Shown in pieces: positions 1-9,342 of a DNA stretch of 64,000 nucleotides (the first letter of the stretch is position 1; every line of letters begins with the position of its first letter). The position numbers were made by a program, and so were the translations under genes. The notes beneath the pieces were generated by a model that made no database searches, had not been told where the DNA came from, and saw nothing but the letters and a program-made list of their open reading frames with translations. Location: the IMG/VR virus record IMGVR_UViG_3300036770_004143, positions 1 to 64,000 of that record; one strand, written 5' to 3'.

Positions 1-238
1 AACAACTAATAGGTAATCCTTTTTCTTTACCAAAATTAATCCAGACTGGTGTTGATAGGCTGTAAAAACCCCTTGCCATATAATCTTCAAACTTAATAGC
101 AAACCCATCAATTTTTAAATATTCTTCCGCTTTATTTGCAATATCTTTAATCCTTTGCTCGGGGGTTTCATTTATATACCCCCTTGATAAGAAAAGCCTA
201 CTCTCATCATTTAACCAATAATATTTTTCTTTATTCAT
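1..238 (-). CDS. nrdA: Ribonucleotide reductase class I alpha subunit, N-terminal part (runs off window)
   Basis: Manual translation from ATG at 238: MNKEKYYWLNDESRLFLSRGY...FYSLSTPVWINFGKEKGLPISC, with the STP..N.G....SC motif of R1. Directly downstream of nrdB. Confidence 0.85.
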   Translation of the reverse strand, partial: MNKEKYYWLNDESRLFLSRGYINETPEQRIKDIANKAEEYLKIDGFAIKFEDYMARGFYSLSTPVWINFGKEKGLPISC

Positions 239-249
239 TTTTTTGTTTT

Positions 250-1956
250 TTAAAATAAATCATCTTCTGTTATGCTCTTGCTCTTTTTATTATAATCAAC
301 TGATTTCTTATAAAAAAAATCTCCCTCCTTTGTTGATAAAATCTCCACATCAAACCATAATGTCTTCTCAATCTCTGTAAAATCAACTTCAAATACTGAT
401 TTCATCCCAATTCTATTTAATGAATTATTAAATCTATTTTGAATGAAATGTTTAATTGTATCTTTTGATAAAAAACTTAATTCACCATTCTCAAATATCC
501 AATCCAATATTCCACATTCAGCTGCATATGCTTTATGACAAGCTGACACAATCAACGCTTCAAATTCTTCGTCAAACCATTCTGGATTTTCTTCTTTGAT
601 AATGTTGATAAGTTCTGATCCAAAATTACCATGGATTTCTTCCTCCTTTGAGGTAGCTTCAACCACATTTGAAATACCTTTGAATAGATTTTTCTCCTTG
701 TTGAAGGACATCATAATCAAGAACTGACTAAATAAACTTACATGTTCAATAAACAAGGAAAATAATAATACAGACTTTGTGTACATTTTATTCTCTTTAC
801 TCCTTGTCCCATCTAAATATTTTGCCAAATAACTGATTCTATTCTTTATAGCAGGAATTTCAATAACAGTCTGGAACTCATTCTCCAATCCAAGAATTCT
901 TAATAATTGAGCATAAGCATCCTTATGACGAACTTCCGAGTTTCCTGAAATTAAAACTTTGTCATTATATCTAGTCACAATACATCCAGTAGGAACTGTA
1001 ACACAATAGATGTTACCATCATAATCTTCAATGGTAGGTTTATCAGTTATAGAAGAAAAGGTGTTAGTTTTTACAAAACTTACATTGTATATATCTTTAT
1101 CATTAGTTATATCAACTACATACCCAGCAAAAATACCTATAACTTGCAAATTATCTGCAAACAATTTACTAATAGTTTGGTGTTTAATAACATAATCACC
1201 ATTCTGAGTGTCACTATCAAGTTTAGACCCCTCCAATTTTGTTAATTCATAAATAAAAGAATTGCACCACTTTTCAGATTTATCTGATAAATCAATACAA
1301 TCAAAGTTTCCAATATTAATTTTATCATCCAAACTCAACTCATCCACACCCTCATTAACAAATTTACCAGAAAAAGGCAATTTCATATCACTACTAAATT
1401 TACCAATATCTTTTATAGCCTTCTTTATAATATTACCACTCCTTGTTTTGTAGTAGATATTATGGTTGGGGGTTAGTAATGCATTATATGTTTGGTTCTC
1501 AATCCTATGCATCTTTCCCTTGTAAGGTTCATTGATAATATTACTTGGTAAAACAGATGTCATTGTATTGGTTTCTAAATCATATTGAATAACCTCTGTA
1601 TTATTATCAATATCCTTAAAGTTAACCCAACCTTTTGGTGTTAATATTTCAGTTCCCTCACCATGACATTCGGCAAAAGTCATACCAACATCACCAATTT
1701 CAGTTATTGGCATCCTCTTATACAAGTCAGCCCAGAATGTTTTTACATTTACCTCAATTTGAGCAATTGCCAACATTGACCTTTTAATAACCTCCCTCTC
1801 CTCATTTGATATCTTTGTTTTATAATCATCAATATCAGTTGTGAAATTGAATTCAGAGTGTATCCAGTATGAGTGTCTAATTGCATCCTTATATGCTAAT
1901 AAGGATGGATATTCATAAGGCAAAATGTTTATCCTCTTTTCAAAAATGTTCTTCAT
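250..1956 (-). CDS. nrdB: Ribonucleotide reductase class I beta subunit containing an intein
   Basis: Ferritin-like R2 motifs (QIE, E-VRH, IEHVSLFSQF, EEEIH, C-terminal DFF...Y), interrupted by a 243-aa insert. Confidence 0.92.
   Translation of the reverse strand: MKNIFEKRINILPYEYPSLLAYKDAIRHSYWIHSEFNFTTDIDDYKTKISNEEREVIKRSMLAIAQIEVNVKTFWADLYKRMPITEIGDVGMTFAECHGEGTEILTPKGWVNFKDIDNNTEVIQYDLETNTMTSVLPSNIINEPYKGKMHRIENQTYNALLTPNHNIYYKTRSGNIIKKAIKDIGKFSSDMKLPFSGKFVNEGVDELSLDDKINIGNFDCIDLSDKSEKWCNSFIYELTKLEGSKLDSDTQNGDYVIKHQTISKLFADNLQVIGIFAGYVVDITNDKDIYNVSFVKTNTFSSITDKPTIEDYDGNIYCVTVPTGCIVTRYNDKVLISGNSEVRHKDAYAQLLRILGLENEFQTVIEIPAIKNRISYLAKYLDGTRSKENKMYTKSVLLFSLFIEHVSLFSQFLIMMSFNKEKNLFKGISNVVEATSKEEEIHGNFGSELINIIKEENPEWFDEEFEALIVSACHKAYAAECGILDWIFENGELSFLSKDTIKHFIQNRFNNSLNRIGMKSVFEVDFTEIEKTLWFDVEILSTKEGDFFYKKSVDYNKKSKSITEDDLF
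940..1668 (-). mobile_element. cis intein in nrdB (243 aa) with degenerate LAGLIDADG remnant
   Basis: Begins CHGEGTEILTPKGW, block B LTPNH, ends YCVTVPTGCIVTRYNDKVLISGN/S. Excision restores FAE-SEVRH. Confidence 0.9.
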
Positions 1957-2033
1957 ATATTTTTTTTTATTGGTTAAGATAAATATGAAACCAGGTTATA
2001 AAAGTATTCAATTTTGATTATAAAATCAAATTT

Positions 2034-2492
2034 TTATAAAAAATTGTCATTGCTATTTTTCTTAACCAATAACTCCTTAATCCTTTCTTTCTTACGTTCC
2101 ACTTGTTGTTCCTCAAACCCTAGGAATGTTGCTGTTGTATCGGTATCAATTTCAAGCATTTCATTATCAAACTTGCAATTCTCAAACACAATACCATCTT
2201 TACCAATCCTTGACTTGGTTATTGCCACAGTTGCCAAATTCATCTCTTTCTGTTGCAAACTCTTTGCAATACTAATAATAACATGGCCAACCTGGGCTTT
2301 CTTTATTGACCCCCCCATTTGGTCATTTGTTACCACATTTGCAGAAATAGATGAGTTGTGTGTGTAAATGTCATTGGCATAAAACATATGGGTGTCATCA
2401 ACAGTAATGTCAATTGTATCCTCTTCACCTACCAATTCAATTGATTCAATTTCATCTAAAATAAAATCATTCTTGTTTAAAATTTGTTCCAT
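2034..2492 (-). CDS. Split-intein C-part (46 aa, 2355-2492) fused to the C-terminal fragment of a DnaB/gp41-like helicase
   Basis: ...DTIDITVDDTHMFYANDIYTHN/SS followed by helicase motifs (SIKKAQVGHVII, ITKSRIGKDG). Confidence 0.9.
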   Translation of the reverse strand: MEQILNKNDFILDEIESIELVGEEDTIDITVDDTHMFYANDIYTHNSSISANVVTNDQMGGSIKKAQVGHVIISIAKSLQQKEMNLATVAITKSRIGKDGIVFENCKFDNEMLEIDTDTTATFLGFEEQQVERKKERIKELLVKKNSNDNFL

Positions 2493-3699
2493 TTTTTAAA
2501 AAATTTAAGCAGTTATTTATTACAAAATCTTTATTACTCATATATTCAGATTCCTTGACCCTTTTAACAATATAACCTTTTTTAACCAAAAAATCATCTC
2601 TATTGCTATCTATCTTTTTTTGTTCATCTTTTGAATGCCAGTAATCCCCATCAAATTCTATTATTTTATTACCTAATTTAAAATCAACACTTATTATAGT
2701 CATATTATTCTCCCAAACATAAAAAACATACTCATTATTTAGTTCGTAAAAATAACAATTTAACCTATCATCATTTTCTAATTTAGAAAAAATACCCCAA
2801 AATAAATCTTGTGAAATTTTTGAATACTTATCTTTGAATACAGAGATTTTTGCCATCAAAAATTCTTTATACTTAATCTCCCCATCAAATTCCCCGTATT
2901 TTTCAATAAAAAATTCTTTGCTTTGTGAAAATTTTATCTTGGATATAAAGTCATCATATCTAATTTTACCATCAATATCACCATATCTATCTATAAATGA
3001 GTTTAAAGTTGTTTTAACCATACTAACACAATACTCATTCCAAAATTTCAACCCCTCTGTCTCCCCATGTTTATCAATATAATATGTCAAACTAAACCTA
3101 TATGATTGCCTTTGATTCCTATCATACCATTTCTTATAACCTAATTCAACACCATATCTATTTTGATATTCAGGTAATGTCCTCCCATTCCTATATGGTC
3201 TAATTTTTTTGTTTTTAGCCATAGTTGCAATTTTGGAATTTAATGTGTTTTCCCATCTTTTTCTACCCTCTTCTTCGCCATATCTCTCTATTGCTGGTTT
3301 TAAGCCATATGAAACAGCTTTTTTATTTCTTTGTTCCCATTTTTTTGTGCCAAGATCAATTCCATATTTTTTTATAAAGTTATTTTTATCCATCTTAACT
3401 TTATCTTTATATTCATCTTGTTTTATTTTCCAATTATCCCCGTATCTTATTTTACAAGCATACTCACTAATGGCATCATTTTTTAACTTTCTAACAATAA
3501 CACCTAACCTACCTAACCATTTAGATTCAACATTGTTTAATATGAAATCACTTATATTTAGTAATCTATTTTTTATAGAATTAGTATCATAATATTCTAT
3601 AATTTTATAAATTTCACAATATTGATTTTTAGTTATCAAATGTTTAACTTCTTTAATTTTCTTATAATTAAGAAATTGTTCAATAGTAATTACCCCCAT
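2467..3699 (-). CDS. Free-standing putative homing endonuclease with a Vsr/DUF559-like C-terminal nuclease domain
   Basis: C-terminal VDFKLGNKIIEFDGDYWH...D..RD...GYIVKRV; repeated (K/R)YG...G...W/Y units; lies between the two split-intein halves. Confidence 0.8.
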   Translation of the reverse strand: MGVITIEQFLNYKKIKEVKHLITKNQYCEIYKIIEYYDTNSIKNRLLNISDFILNNVESKWLGRLGVIVRKLKNDAISEYACKIRYGDNWKIKQDEYKDKVKMDKNNFIKKYGIDLGTKKWEQRNKKAVSYGLKPAIERYGEEEGRKRWENTLNSKIATMAKNKKIRPYRNGRTLPEYQNRYGVELGYKKWYDRNQRQSYRFSLTYYIDKHGETEGLKFWNEYCVSMVKTTLNSFIDRYGDIDGKIRYDDFISKIKFSQSKEFFIEKYGEFDGEIKYKEFLMAKISVFKDKYSKISQDLFWGIFSKLENDDRLNCYFYELNNEYVFYVWENNMTIISVDFKLGNKIIEFDGDYWHSKDEQKKIDSNRDDFLVKKGYIVKRVKESEYMSNKDFVINNCLNFLKNGTNFKQE

Positions 3700-3751
3700 C
3701 TAATTTTATTTTAATATAAATATCACAAATGTTAAATAAGTTAGATGGGGG
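3693..3751 (-). promoter_or_regulatory. RNA hairpin sequestering the endonuclease start codon, with a TATTTATA motif in the loop
   Basis: 11-bp perfect inverted repeat CCCCCATCTAA (3693-3703) / TTAGATGGGGG (3741-3751); one arm contains the ATG; motif at 3715-3722. Confidence 0.7.
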
Positions 3752-3756
3752 CACAA

Positions 3757-5082
3757 TTATTTTTTAATAAAAAGTGTATTACCAACAGACAATCCACTGT
3801 CAATGGATAAGAAACCCCCACCTAATGTTGGAAATTTGTGTTTTGCTGACACTTTTATTTCCTTTCCATTTTTTGTCTTAATTCTATAAACAGGCTGTTT
3901 CTCAATAGGGAATACATAACTAATTTCTTTATATCCTTTATGTGTTAGAATATTATCTCCAACAACAACATCCTTTATTTGAATCAATCCTTTATTCTCA
4001 ATATCCACAATAGTATCTAAAGAAACACAGCGATTTCCTTGTGTACCTAACCATCCAGCAATATTTAATTCATGACACATAGCCTCAAAGTGTCTAATAA
4101 CTGATCCTTCATTCTTCCACTCATCATTACCTTGTCTATCTGGAACAACACAATCAATATAATCCAAAACAACCAAATCAAGTTTAATACCATCAGCAAT
4201 AATCTTTCTAATTTGATTCTTAATTTGATTCATTGTCAATGTGTCAGATGGCAATTTCTTTAAAATCAACTTATTTGTATGAGTTTCTTTTATATTATTA
4301 ACAGTTTCATAAACAACATCCTTATGATTTGGTAATTCATCTGGGGATATTTTTGTCCAAAGAGTAATGTGTTTTCTCTGAATAATTTTTGGATTATCTT
4401 CAAAAAAGATATGTAGAACATTATAATTGTTATTGAATGCTGTGTTTGCAACCAAGGTCAATAGAGTTGATTTACCAATACCTGGACCTGCAAATATAAT
4501 ACCAACCTCACCTTTGGCTAACCCCCCCTTTAAGAGAACGTCTATGCCCTTTACACCCATTGGTATGGGGTGTCTATAATCCTCATCCAATACACCCACC
4601 AAGTCATTAAAAACCTCAAAACCGTTTGATTCCTTAACACCAACTTGCAAGGCATATCTTAATAACTCCTCAAGTTGATCATAAGATTCAAAGTCACCCT
4701 CATTAATGACTTTCTGTGCCTTTTCCAAAACAATCTTAACTTCTTCTTGTTTGCAGAATTTAAGTGCTTTTTCTTGAACAAGTTCAACACCATCTAATGG
4801 CGCTGAACTTATTTTAGTTATAGTGTCAATCACAATCTTCAATGCCAATTCTTGTGATATTTCAGATTTGGCAATCATATTTAGTGTTTCAAAGTTTGGG
4901 GCTGCATCATATTTCTTATGATACTCCTTAATCATTTGTATGATTAACTTAAAATACTTATTCTCAAAATAAGATATTTTAATAAAATCTAATATGGCTC
5001 TTGCAAATTCCTTATCTAAAATAATCTGATTGATTAATTGCAACTGGAACGTCTGACCCAGGTAATCAAAATTCTTTGACAT
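3757..5082 (-). CDS. DnaB/gp41-like replicative helicase N-terminal fragment fused to split-intein N-part (90 aa, 3760-4029)
   Basis: Walker A AGPGIGKST, Walker B LVVLDYID, GTQGNR, then CVSLDT...SAKHKFPT...GLSVGNTLFIKK-stop. Confidence 0.92.
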   Translation of the reverse strand: MSKNFDYLGQTFQLQLINQIILDKEFARAILDFIKISYFENKYFKLIIQMIKEYHKKYDAAPNFETLNMIAKSEISQELALKIVIDTITKISSAPLDGVELVQEKALKFCKQEEVKIVLEKAQKVINEGDFESYDQLEELLRYALQVGVKESNGFEVFNDLVGVLDEDYRHPIPMGVKGIDVLLKGGLAKGEVGIIFAGPGIGKSTLLTLVANTAFNNNYNVLHIFFEDNPKIIQRKHITLWTKISPDELPNHKDVVYETVNNIKETHTNKLILKKLPSDTLTMNQIKNQIRKIIADGIKLDLVVLDYIDCVVPDRQGNDEWKNEGSVIRHFEAMCHELNIAGWLGTQGNRCVSLDTIVDIENKGLIQIKDVVVGDNILTHKGYKEISYVFPIEKQPVYRIKTKNGKEIKVSAKHKFPTLGGGFLSIDSGLSVGNTLFIKK

Positions 5083-5093
5083 AAAAATAAAGA

Positions 5094-5552
5094 TTAATGG
5101 TTAGATAATAAATTTTTCTCTAAATACTGATGTGTTAAGTTTTGGTTGATTAGGATATTTGTCAAATCCTTCAATGAATCTTTAATGAAATGGCGAATAT
5201 CAACAGTATATCTAACCTTTGGTGGATATAACTTCCCATCAACTATTCTATGGGATACAACTTGGTCTCCAATTTTTACATAAATGTTGAATAATTCAGC
5301 TTCATCTGTTGATGAGGTCTCCATAATTGAAGGGTCATACAAAATACTCTCTTTGTTCTCAACAAGATACCCAATTGATTTCATCTTTAAGTATTGTGTC
5401 AAATCCTCTGAAAAATACTTGACAAACTCATAGAGTTCAAAAGAATCCTTAGCATCAGGATTGATACCCTTAATGTTTAAAAACCTCTGAACAATAATGT
5501 TGTTGTTCAATGTTAGCAAAAACTCCACCTTTGTTGTTTCACTCTGTCTCAT
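5094..5552 (-). CDS. Hypothetical protein in replication operon
   Basis: 152-aa ORF, co-oriented and tightly packed. Confidence 0.7.
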   Translation of the reverse strand: MRQSETTKVEFLLTLNNNIIVQRFLNIKGINPDAKDSFELYEFVKYFSEDLTQYLKMKSIGYLVENKESILYDPSIMETSSTDEAELFNIYVKIGDQVVSHRIVDGKLYPPKVRYTVDIRHFIKDSLKDLTNILINQNLTHQYLEKNLLSNH

Positions 5553-5569
5553 AATAGTTTTTTTTGTTG

Positions 5570-6568
5570 TTAAAATTTTTTCTCTTTTCTACTTAATTTC
5601 ATAAATGGCTTAACAAAATCAACCCAAGCATCATCCCTTTTTGGTAAGAATTTAAAAAACCCATCATCCCTCATTAACTTCAATAAGTTTGTATAACTCC
5701 TATCAGTTGGGTCTAATCTCTCACTATAAATTTCATAAACCATTGTCTTGCCTTCATCTGTGATTAACGGATTTCTTAAATCAATTATTTTTCCTGTCTT
5801 CTCAAAAAACTCATCCCCAACCAAACCAGATTTGCTAATTCCAGATAATAGATTACTCAATGTCTTGCTCTTTGTTTTTTCAAACAATACTTTTGCCTCA
5901 TCTAAAACTTCTTGTAAGGTATAATCTCTCTTATCAAAATTAGGAAAAAATGTCTTTAATTTCTTCTCACCAAAATTTGTGATGCCATAAATGTTGTCAG
6001 ATGTATCACCAATCAATACTTTGTAAAGATAAACATTATTATGCGGAATATCAATGTTTTTGAAATGAATTAAATCCCCTTTTTTGGAATATGTTTTTGA
6101 TACAGGGGAAAATAACATAACATTCTCACCAATCAACTGGGTCAAATCCTTATCCCCAGAAAAAATAATCATATTCTCATCCTTTGCAATATGAGTGTAT
6201 TGTGCAATCAAATCATCTGCCTCATTTTGGTCAACTTGGCATTGTCTTACAAAAACTTCCTCAAGATATTCTTTAACCCTTTCCCTTTGGTATAGGTAAG
6301 ATTCATATTTATGATCATCCAAAGAAATTCTACGATTCTCTTTGTATCTTGGATAGATGTTTTTTCTTATTAGTGAGTTTTCATTCCCATCCCAGAATAC
6401 AACAACTTTATCATGATTATGTTTCTCAAGAAATAATCTAATTGTATTTAGAAAATGGAAAACCCCACCAATATGTTTGCCTTCAGAATAAAATTCACGA
6501 ACGCCATGAAAACCAATTGTAAATAAATTGTTTCCATCTATTAGTAGGGTTTTCTTCATATTATTCAA
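5570..6568 (-). CDS. 5'-3' exonuclease / flap endonuclease (T4 RNase H-like)
   Basis: LLIDGNN, VFWDG, YKENR, EADDLIA, SGDKD, GDTSDNI motifs. Confidence 0.9.
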   Translation of the reverse strand: MNNMKKTLLIDGNNLFTIGFHGVREFYSEGKHIGGVFHFLNTIRLFLEKHNHDKVVVFWDGNENSLIRKNIYPRYKENRRISLDDHKYESYLYQRERVKEYLEEVFVRQCQVDQNEADDLIAQYTHIAKDENMIIFSGDKDLTQLIGENVMLFSPVSKTYSKKGDLIHFKNIDIPHNNVYLYKVLIGDTSDNIYGITNFGEKKLKTFFPNFDKRDYTLQEVLDEAKVLFEKTKSKTLSNLLSGISKSGLVGDEFFEKTGKIIDLRNPLITDEGKTMVYEIYSERLDPTDRSYTNLLKLMRDDGFFKFLPKRDDAWVDFVKPFMKLSRKEKKF

Positions 6569-7565
6569 AAATTATAGTTTCCTCTTCTTCCTTTTCAGAA
6601 AAAGTAATATCCCCATCCCCAGATAAAATACCATTCCAGTATTGAGAATATTCTTTCTTATACTTTTCAATGGATTCCTTTGTATCTGGCAAATAACCTT
6701 GTGGAACCGCCAATATCTTTCCATCTTTATATGCTATACCAGTGACATGGTTCTTCAATATGGATACTTTTGTCCTAATTGCATAGGAAACAGTCCTTCC
6801 ATTCTTTGTTGCTGTTATATGGTTAATACCAGCATTCTTCTGATTTCCAAATAAGAATATTAATGAAGATGCCAACCATAAAGCCTCACCACCTTTTGCT
6901 TTGATTGTTGGTTGTCCAAATGGCGAATCTGGTAATTCTACCCAAGGTTGATTGATTACTACCATTGTGTTATGGTAGGGGTATTCTTCTTTCTTTGATT
7001 TTGAAATCCTTGAATGTAATCCCATTCCAACCTTATCTGCAAGAACTGCTGCATTATGCATTTTACCCCCCTTGCCATCATAAGTCATCTTGCAAGGTAT
7101 TGATCCAATACTATCAATTAAGAATAAAACAGAATATGGTAAATCCCCCTTTTCCTGGGCATCCAGAATCTCATTGATGAAATCTGTCATCTGTTCAATA
7201 TAATCAAATGAATCATTAAAGATAAAATCACCATCCCATTCACCCTCATCATTAAGTTCAGCATTCAATCCCAATTCAACAGCATGGGTCCAATTCCACT
7301 TCTTTTCTGTAATAATGAATATAGGTAAATGACCTTTCTTTTGGGCGTCGGCTGCTGCCAATATCATTGCTGTTGTCTTACTTGTATTGGAATGTCCTAA
7401 GAACATATTAATACCACCCATTACTGGACCAGGAACACCACAAGCATTATAAAAAGCATCACCACATGAATAATAATCCTCTGGTTTATATTTTGTTTTT
7501 GTAGAAAACTTTTCCTTGATAGCATCCACACTGGTTTTTGCTACCTTTTTCTTTATTCCTGCCAT
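6561..7565 (-). CDS. RecA/UvsX-like recombinase
   Basis: P-loop-like GHSNTSKT, LIDSIG, VINQ, KGGEAL, KNH motifs; sits between SSB and exonuclease. Confidence 0.8.
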   Translation of the reverse strand: MAGIKKKVAKTSVDAIKEKFSTKTKYKPEDYYSCGDAFYNACGVPGPVMGGINMFLGHSNTSKTTAMILAAADAQKKGHLPIFIITEKKWNWTHAVELGLNAELNDEGEWDGDFIFNDSFDYIEQMTDFINEILDAQEKGDLPYSVLFLIDSIGSIPCKMTYDGKGGKMHNAAVLADKVGMGLHSRISKSKKEEYPYHNTMVVINQPWVELPDSPFGQPTIKAKGGEALWLASSLIFLFGNQKNAGINHITATKNGRTVSYAIRTKVSILKNHVTGIAYKDGKILAVPQGYLPDTKESIEKYKKEYSQYWNGILSGDGDITFSEKEEEETIIFE

Positions 7566-7587
7566 ATATTTTTTTTGATTTTAAAAG

Positions 7588-7640
7588 AGAGATTTTTTGC
7601 TCAAAGTATTGTTTTATGGTACTTTTTGCAAAAAATCTCT
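7588..7640. promoter_or_regulatory. Long imperfect hairpin between SSB and recombinase genes
   Basis: AGAGATTTTTTGC...GCAAAAAATCTCT 13-bp arms plus an inner AAAGTA/TACTTT stem. Confidence 0.55.
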
Positions 7641-7650
7641 TTTAGGTTAA

Positions 7651-8508
7651 TTAAAATGGTAATTCATCATCACTATACTCCTCTTCAACAACAACACTTG
7701 TTTGTTGAACTGTTGCATTTTTAGCAACAGTTGCCCCACCAAATGATGCCTCTGAATTTGAACTATTCAGATAAACATATTTACCTTGGGAATCATCCCA
7801 TCTTGGGGATTCACCTCTTGAAATTGCTTCAAGATATTCTAATGGTTTCCTGCTATAAACATCTCTCCATGTTGATTCATCATTTGCCCATTTCTTTGCA
7901 AGATTCACATCTGTTGATAATGGTGTTGGGTCATCATACATGATTGTTGAAACAGTTGTGTATTCCTTACCTTTTGGACTTTTTGATTTAACTAATTCAA
8001 TAATTAAATCTCTTCCTGTATCCATATCAGATATATCCCCCTTGTTTCTAAAGATTGGAATAATCTTATCAAGAATACCATCTTTCTTGTAATTGTGCTT
8101 GAACCTCCAATATTTTGGCCCATCTTGTTCATTGTCACGGTCAATTACCTTAACAACATAGAATAATTTGGCTTTATAATCTTTTGCCAATTCGTCATCA
8201 TCCTTTCTCTTTGTTGCTTTTAGTGCATTATACACATCAGCCAATGGAGATGCTTCATTGTCATTTCCTGCTGGGTCATAAATCTTTTGGTAGTAACCAC
8301 CAACTTGTAATTCATGAAACCAAGCCTCCTTAAAAACAGATGACCCATCTGTTGTAGGTAAAATCCTAATCCTTCTTTGCCCTGTACTTTCTTTGTCATT
8401 TAACAATAATGTAAAATAACGTTTCATTCTGTCTTCCTGTGATAATTTTTGGGAATCCCCTTTTTGGTTTTTTTCATACTGCGCCATTATGGCATCTAAA
8501 TTCGACAT
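7651..8508 (-). CDS. Single-stranded DNA-binding protein (gp32-like)
   Basis: RIRILP, VIDRD, GRDL motifs; acidic tail ending DDELPF; start taken at MSNLDAI. Confidence 0.8.
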   Translation of the reverse strand: MSNLDAIMAQYEKNQKGDSQKLSQEDRMKRYFTLLLNDKESTGQRRIRILPTTDGSSVFKEAWFHELQVGGYYQKIYDPAGNDNEASPLADVYNALKATKRKDDDELAKDYKAKLFYVVKVIDRDNEQDGPKYWRFKHNYKKDGILDKIIPIFRNKGDISDMDTGRDLIIELVKSKSPKGKEYTTVSTIMYDDPTPLSTDVNLAKKWANDESTWRDVYSRKPLEYLEAISRGESPRWDDSQGKYVYLNSSNSEASFGGATVAKNATVQQTSVVVEEEYSDDELPF

Positions 8509-8565
8509 ATTATATAGTTTTTGTTTACAATGCTTCAACTCTACAATGATAGGTAAGTTTAAAGG

Positions 8566-8593
8566 AAAAAAAAAGGGGTGTTACCCCCTTTTT
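8566..8593. terminator. Rho-independent terminator (bidirectional-looking)
   Basis: A9-GGGGTG-TTA-CCCCC-T5. Confidence 0.65.
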
Positions 8594-8613
8594 CTAAAAA
8601 AAATATTAATTAC

Positions 8614-9342
8614 TTAAAATCTATTTTTATACCCTTGATTACTATTAAAATCATCATCTTCACCTTCATCATCTGTTGGGAAAAAAGTATCTTTAATCTC
8701 ATTTGGATTAATATTTGTAACATCATCAGATGTCAAAACATATTCATTTTTTCCACTCTTTTCCATTTCAACTTGTTTATCATCAAAAAATTGGGATAAC
8801 TTTTGATTAAAAGGATAAGAATCATATGTCCTTAATTCAAGTTTTTCCTCTGGAGTTTTTTCTCTATATTTTTCCACTTTGGAATCTATGGCATTCAATT
8901 TATCAAAAATACCATCCATTGTTGCCAACTTCTGCTCCAATTTATCAATCTGGGCAAACAAATTATCAAAATATTCATTCTGTTTTGTTTCCATGTTCTT
9001 CTGGCTTGAAACCAAATCTGTAATATCCAATTCTTCTGAATCTTCATCACCTTCTTTACTATCACCCTCATCATCAATAACTGTAACATCATCATCAGCT
9101 TCAACATCTATTGGTTGGGGATTTGCAGCACTTAAAGGGTCTTCACCCCCACCTGGAGGTATTGGAGAAACTTCACCTGGGGGTGTCATAGGTGCATTAG
9201 GCATTGGTGCAGCATTGGGGTCTGACATAGGGTCACCTAAAGGTGGTGGGGGTGCATCCTGCTCTGTAATATACCTATTTATTTTGTGGTATCTATTAAT
9301 TTCATTTAATATTCTCTGATCTATTTTCATTTTATTAATCAT
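8614..9342 (-). CDS. Hypothetical protein, Pro-rich and acidic with coiled coil (possible head internal or scaffold protein)
   Basis: 242-aa ORF; N-terminal ILNE...ITEQ; low-complexity region. Confidence 0.6.
   Translation of the reverse strand: MINKMKIDQRILNEINRYHKINRYITEQDAPPPPLGDPMSDPNAAPMPNAPMTPPGEVSPIPPGGGEDPLSAANPQPIDVEADDDVTVIDDEGDSKEGDEDSEELDITDLVSSQKNMETKQNEYFDNLFAQIDKLEQKLATMDGIFDKLNAIDSKVEKYREKTPEEKLELRTYDSYPFNQKLSQFFDDKQVEMEKSGKNEYVLTSDDVTNINPNEIKDTFFPTDDEGEDDDFNSNQGYKNRF

Noticed and set aside
2034-5082. Helicase as a pseudogene or group I intron-split gene
   Set aside because: Both fragments end or begin with complementary intein halves, and the gaps are too short for a ribozyme core
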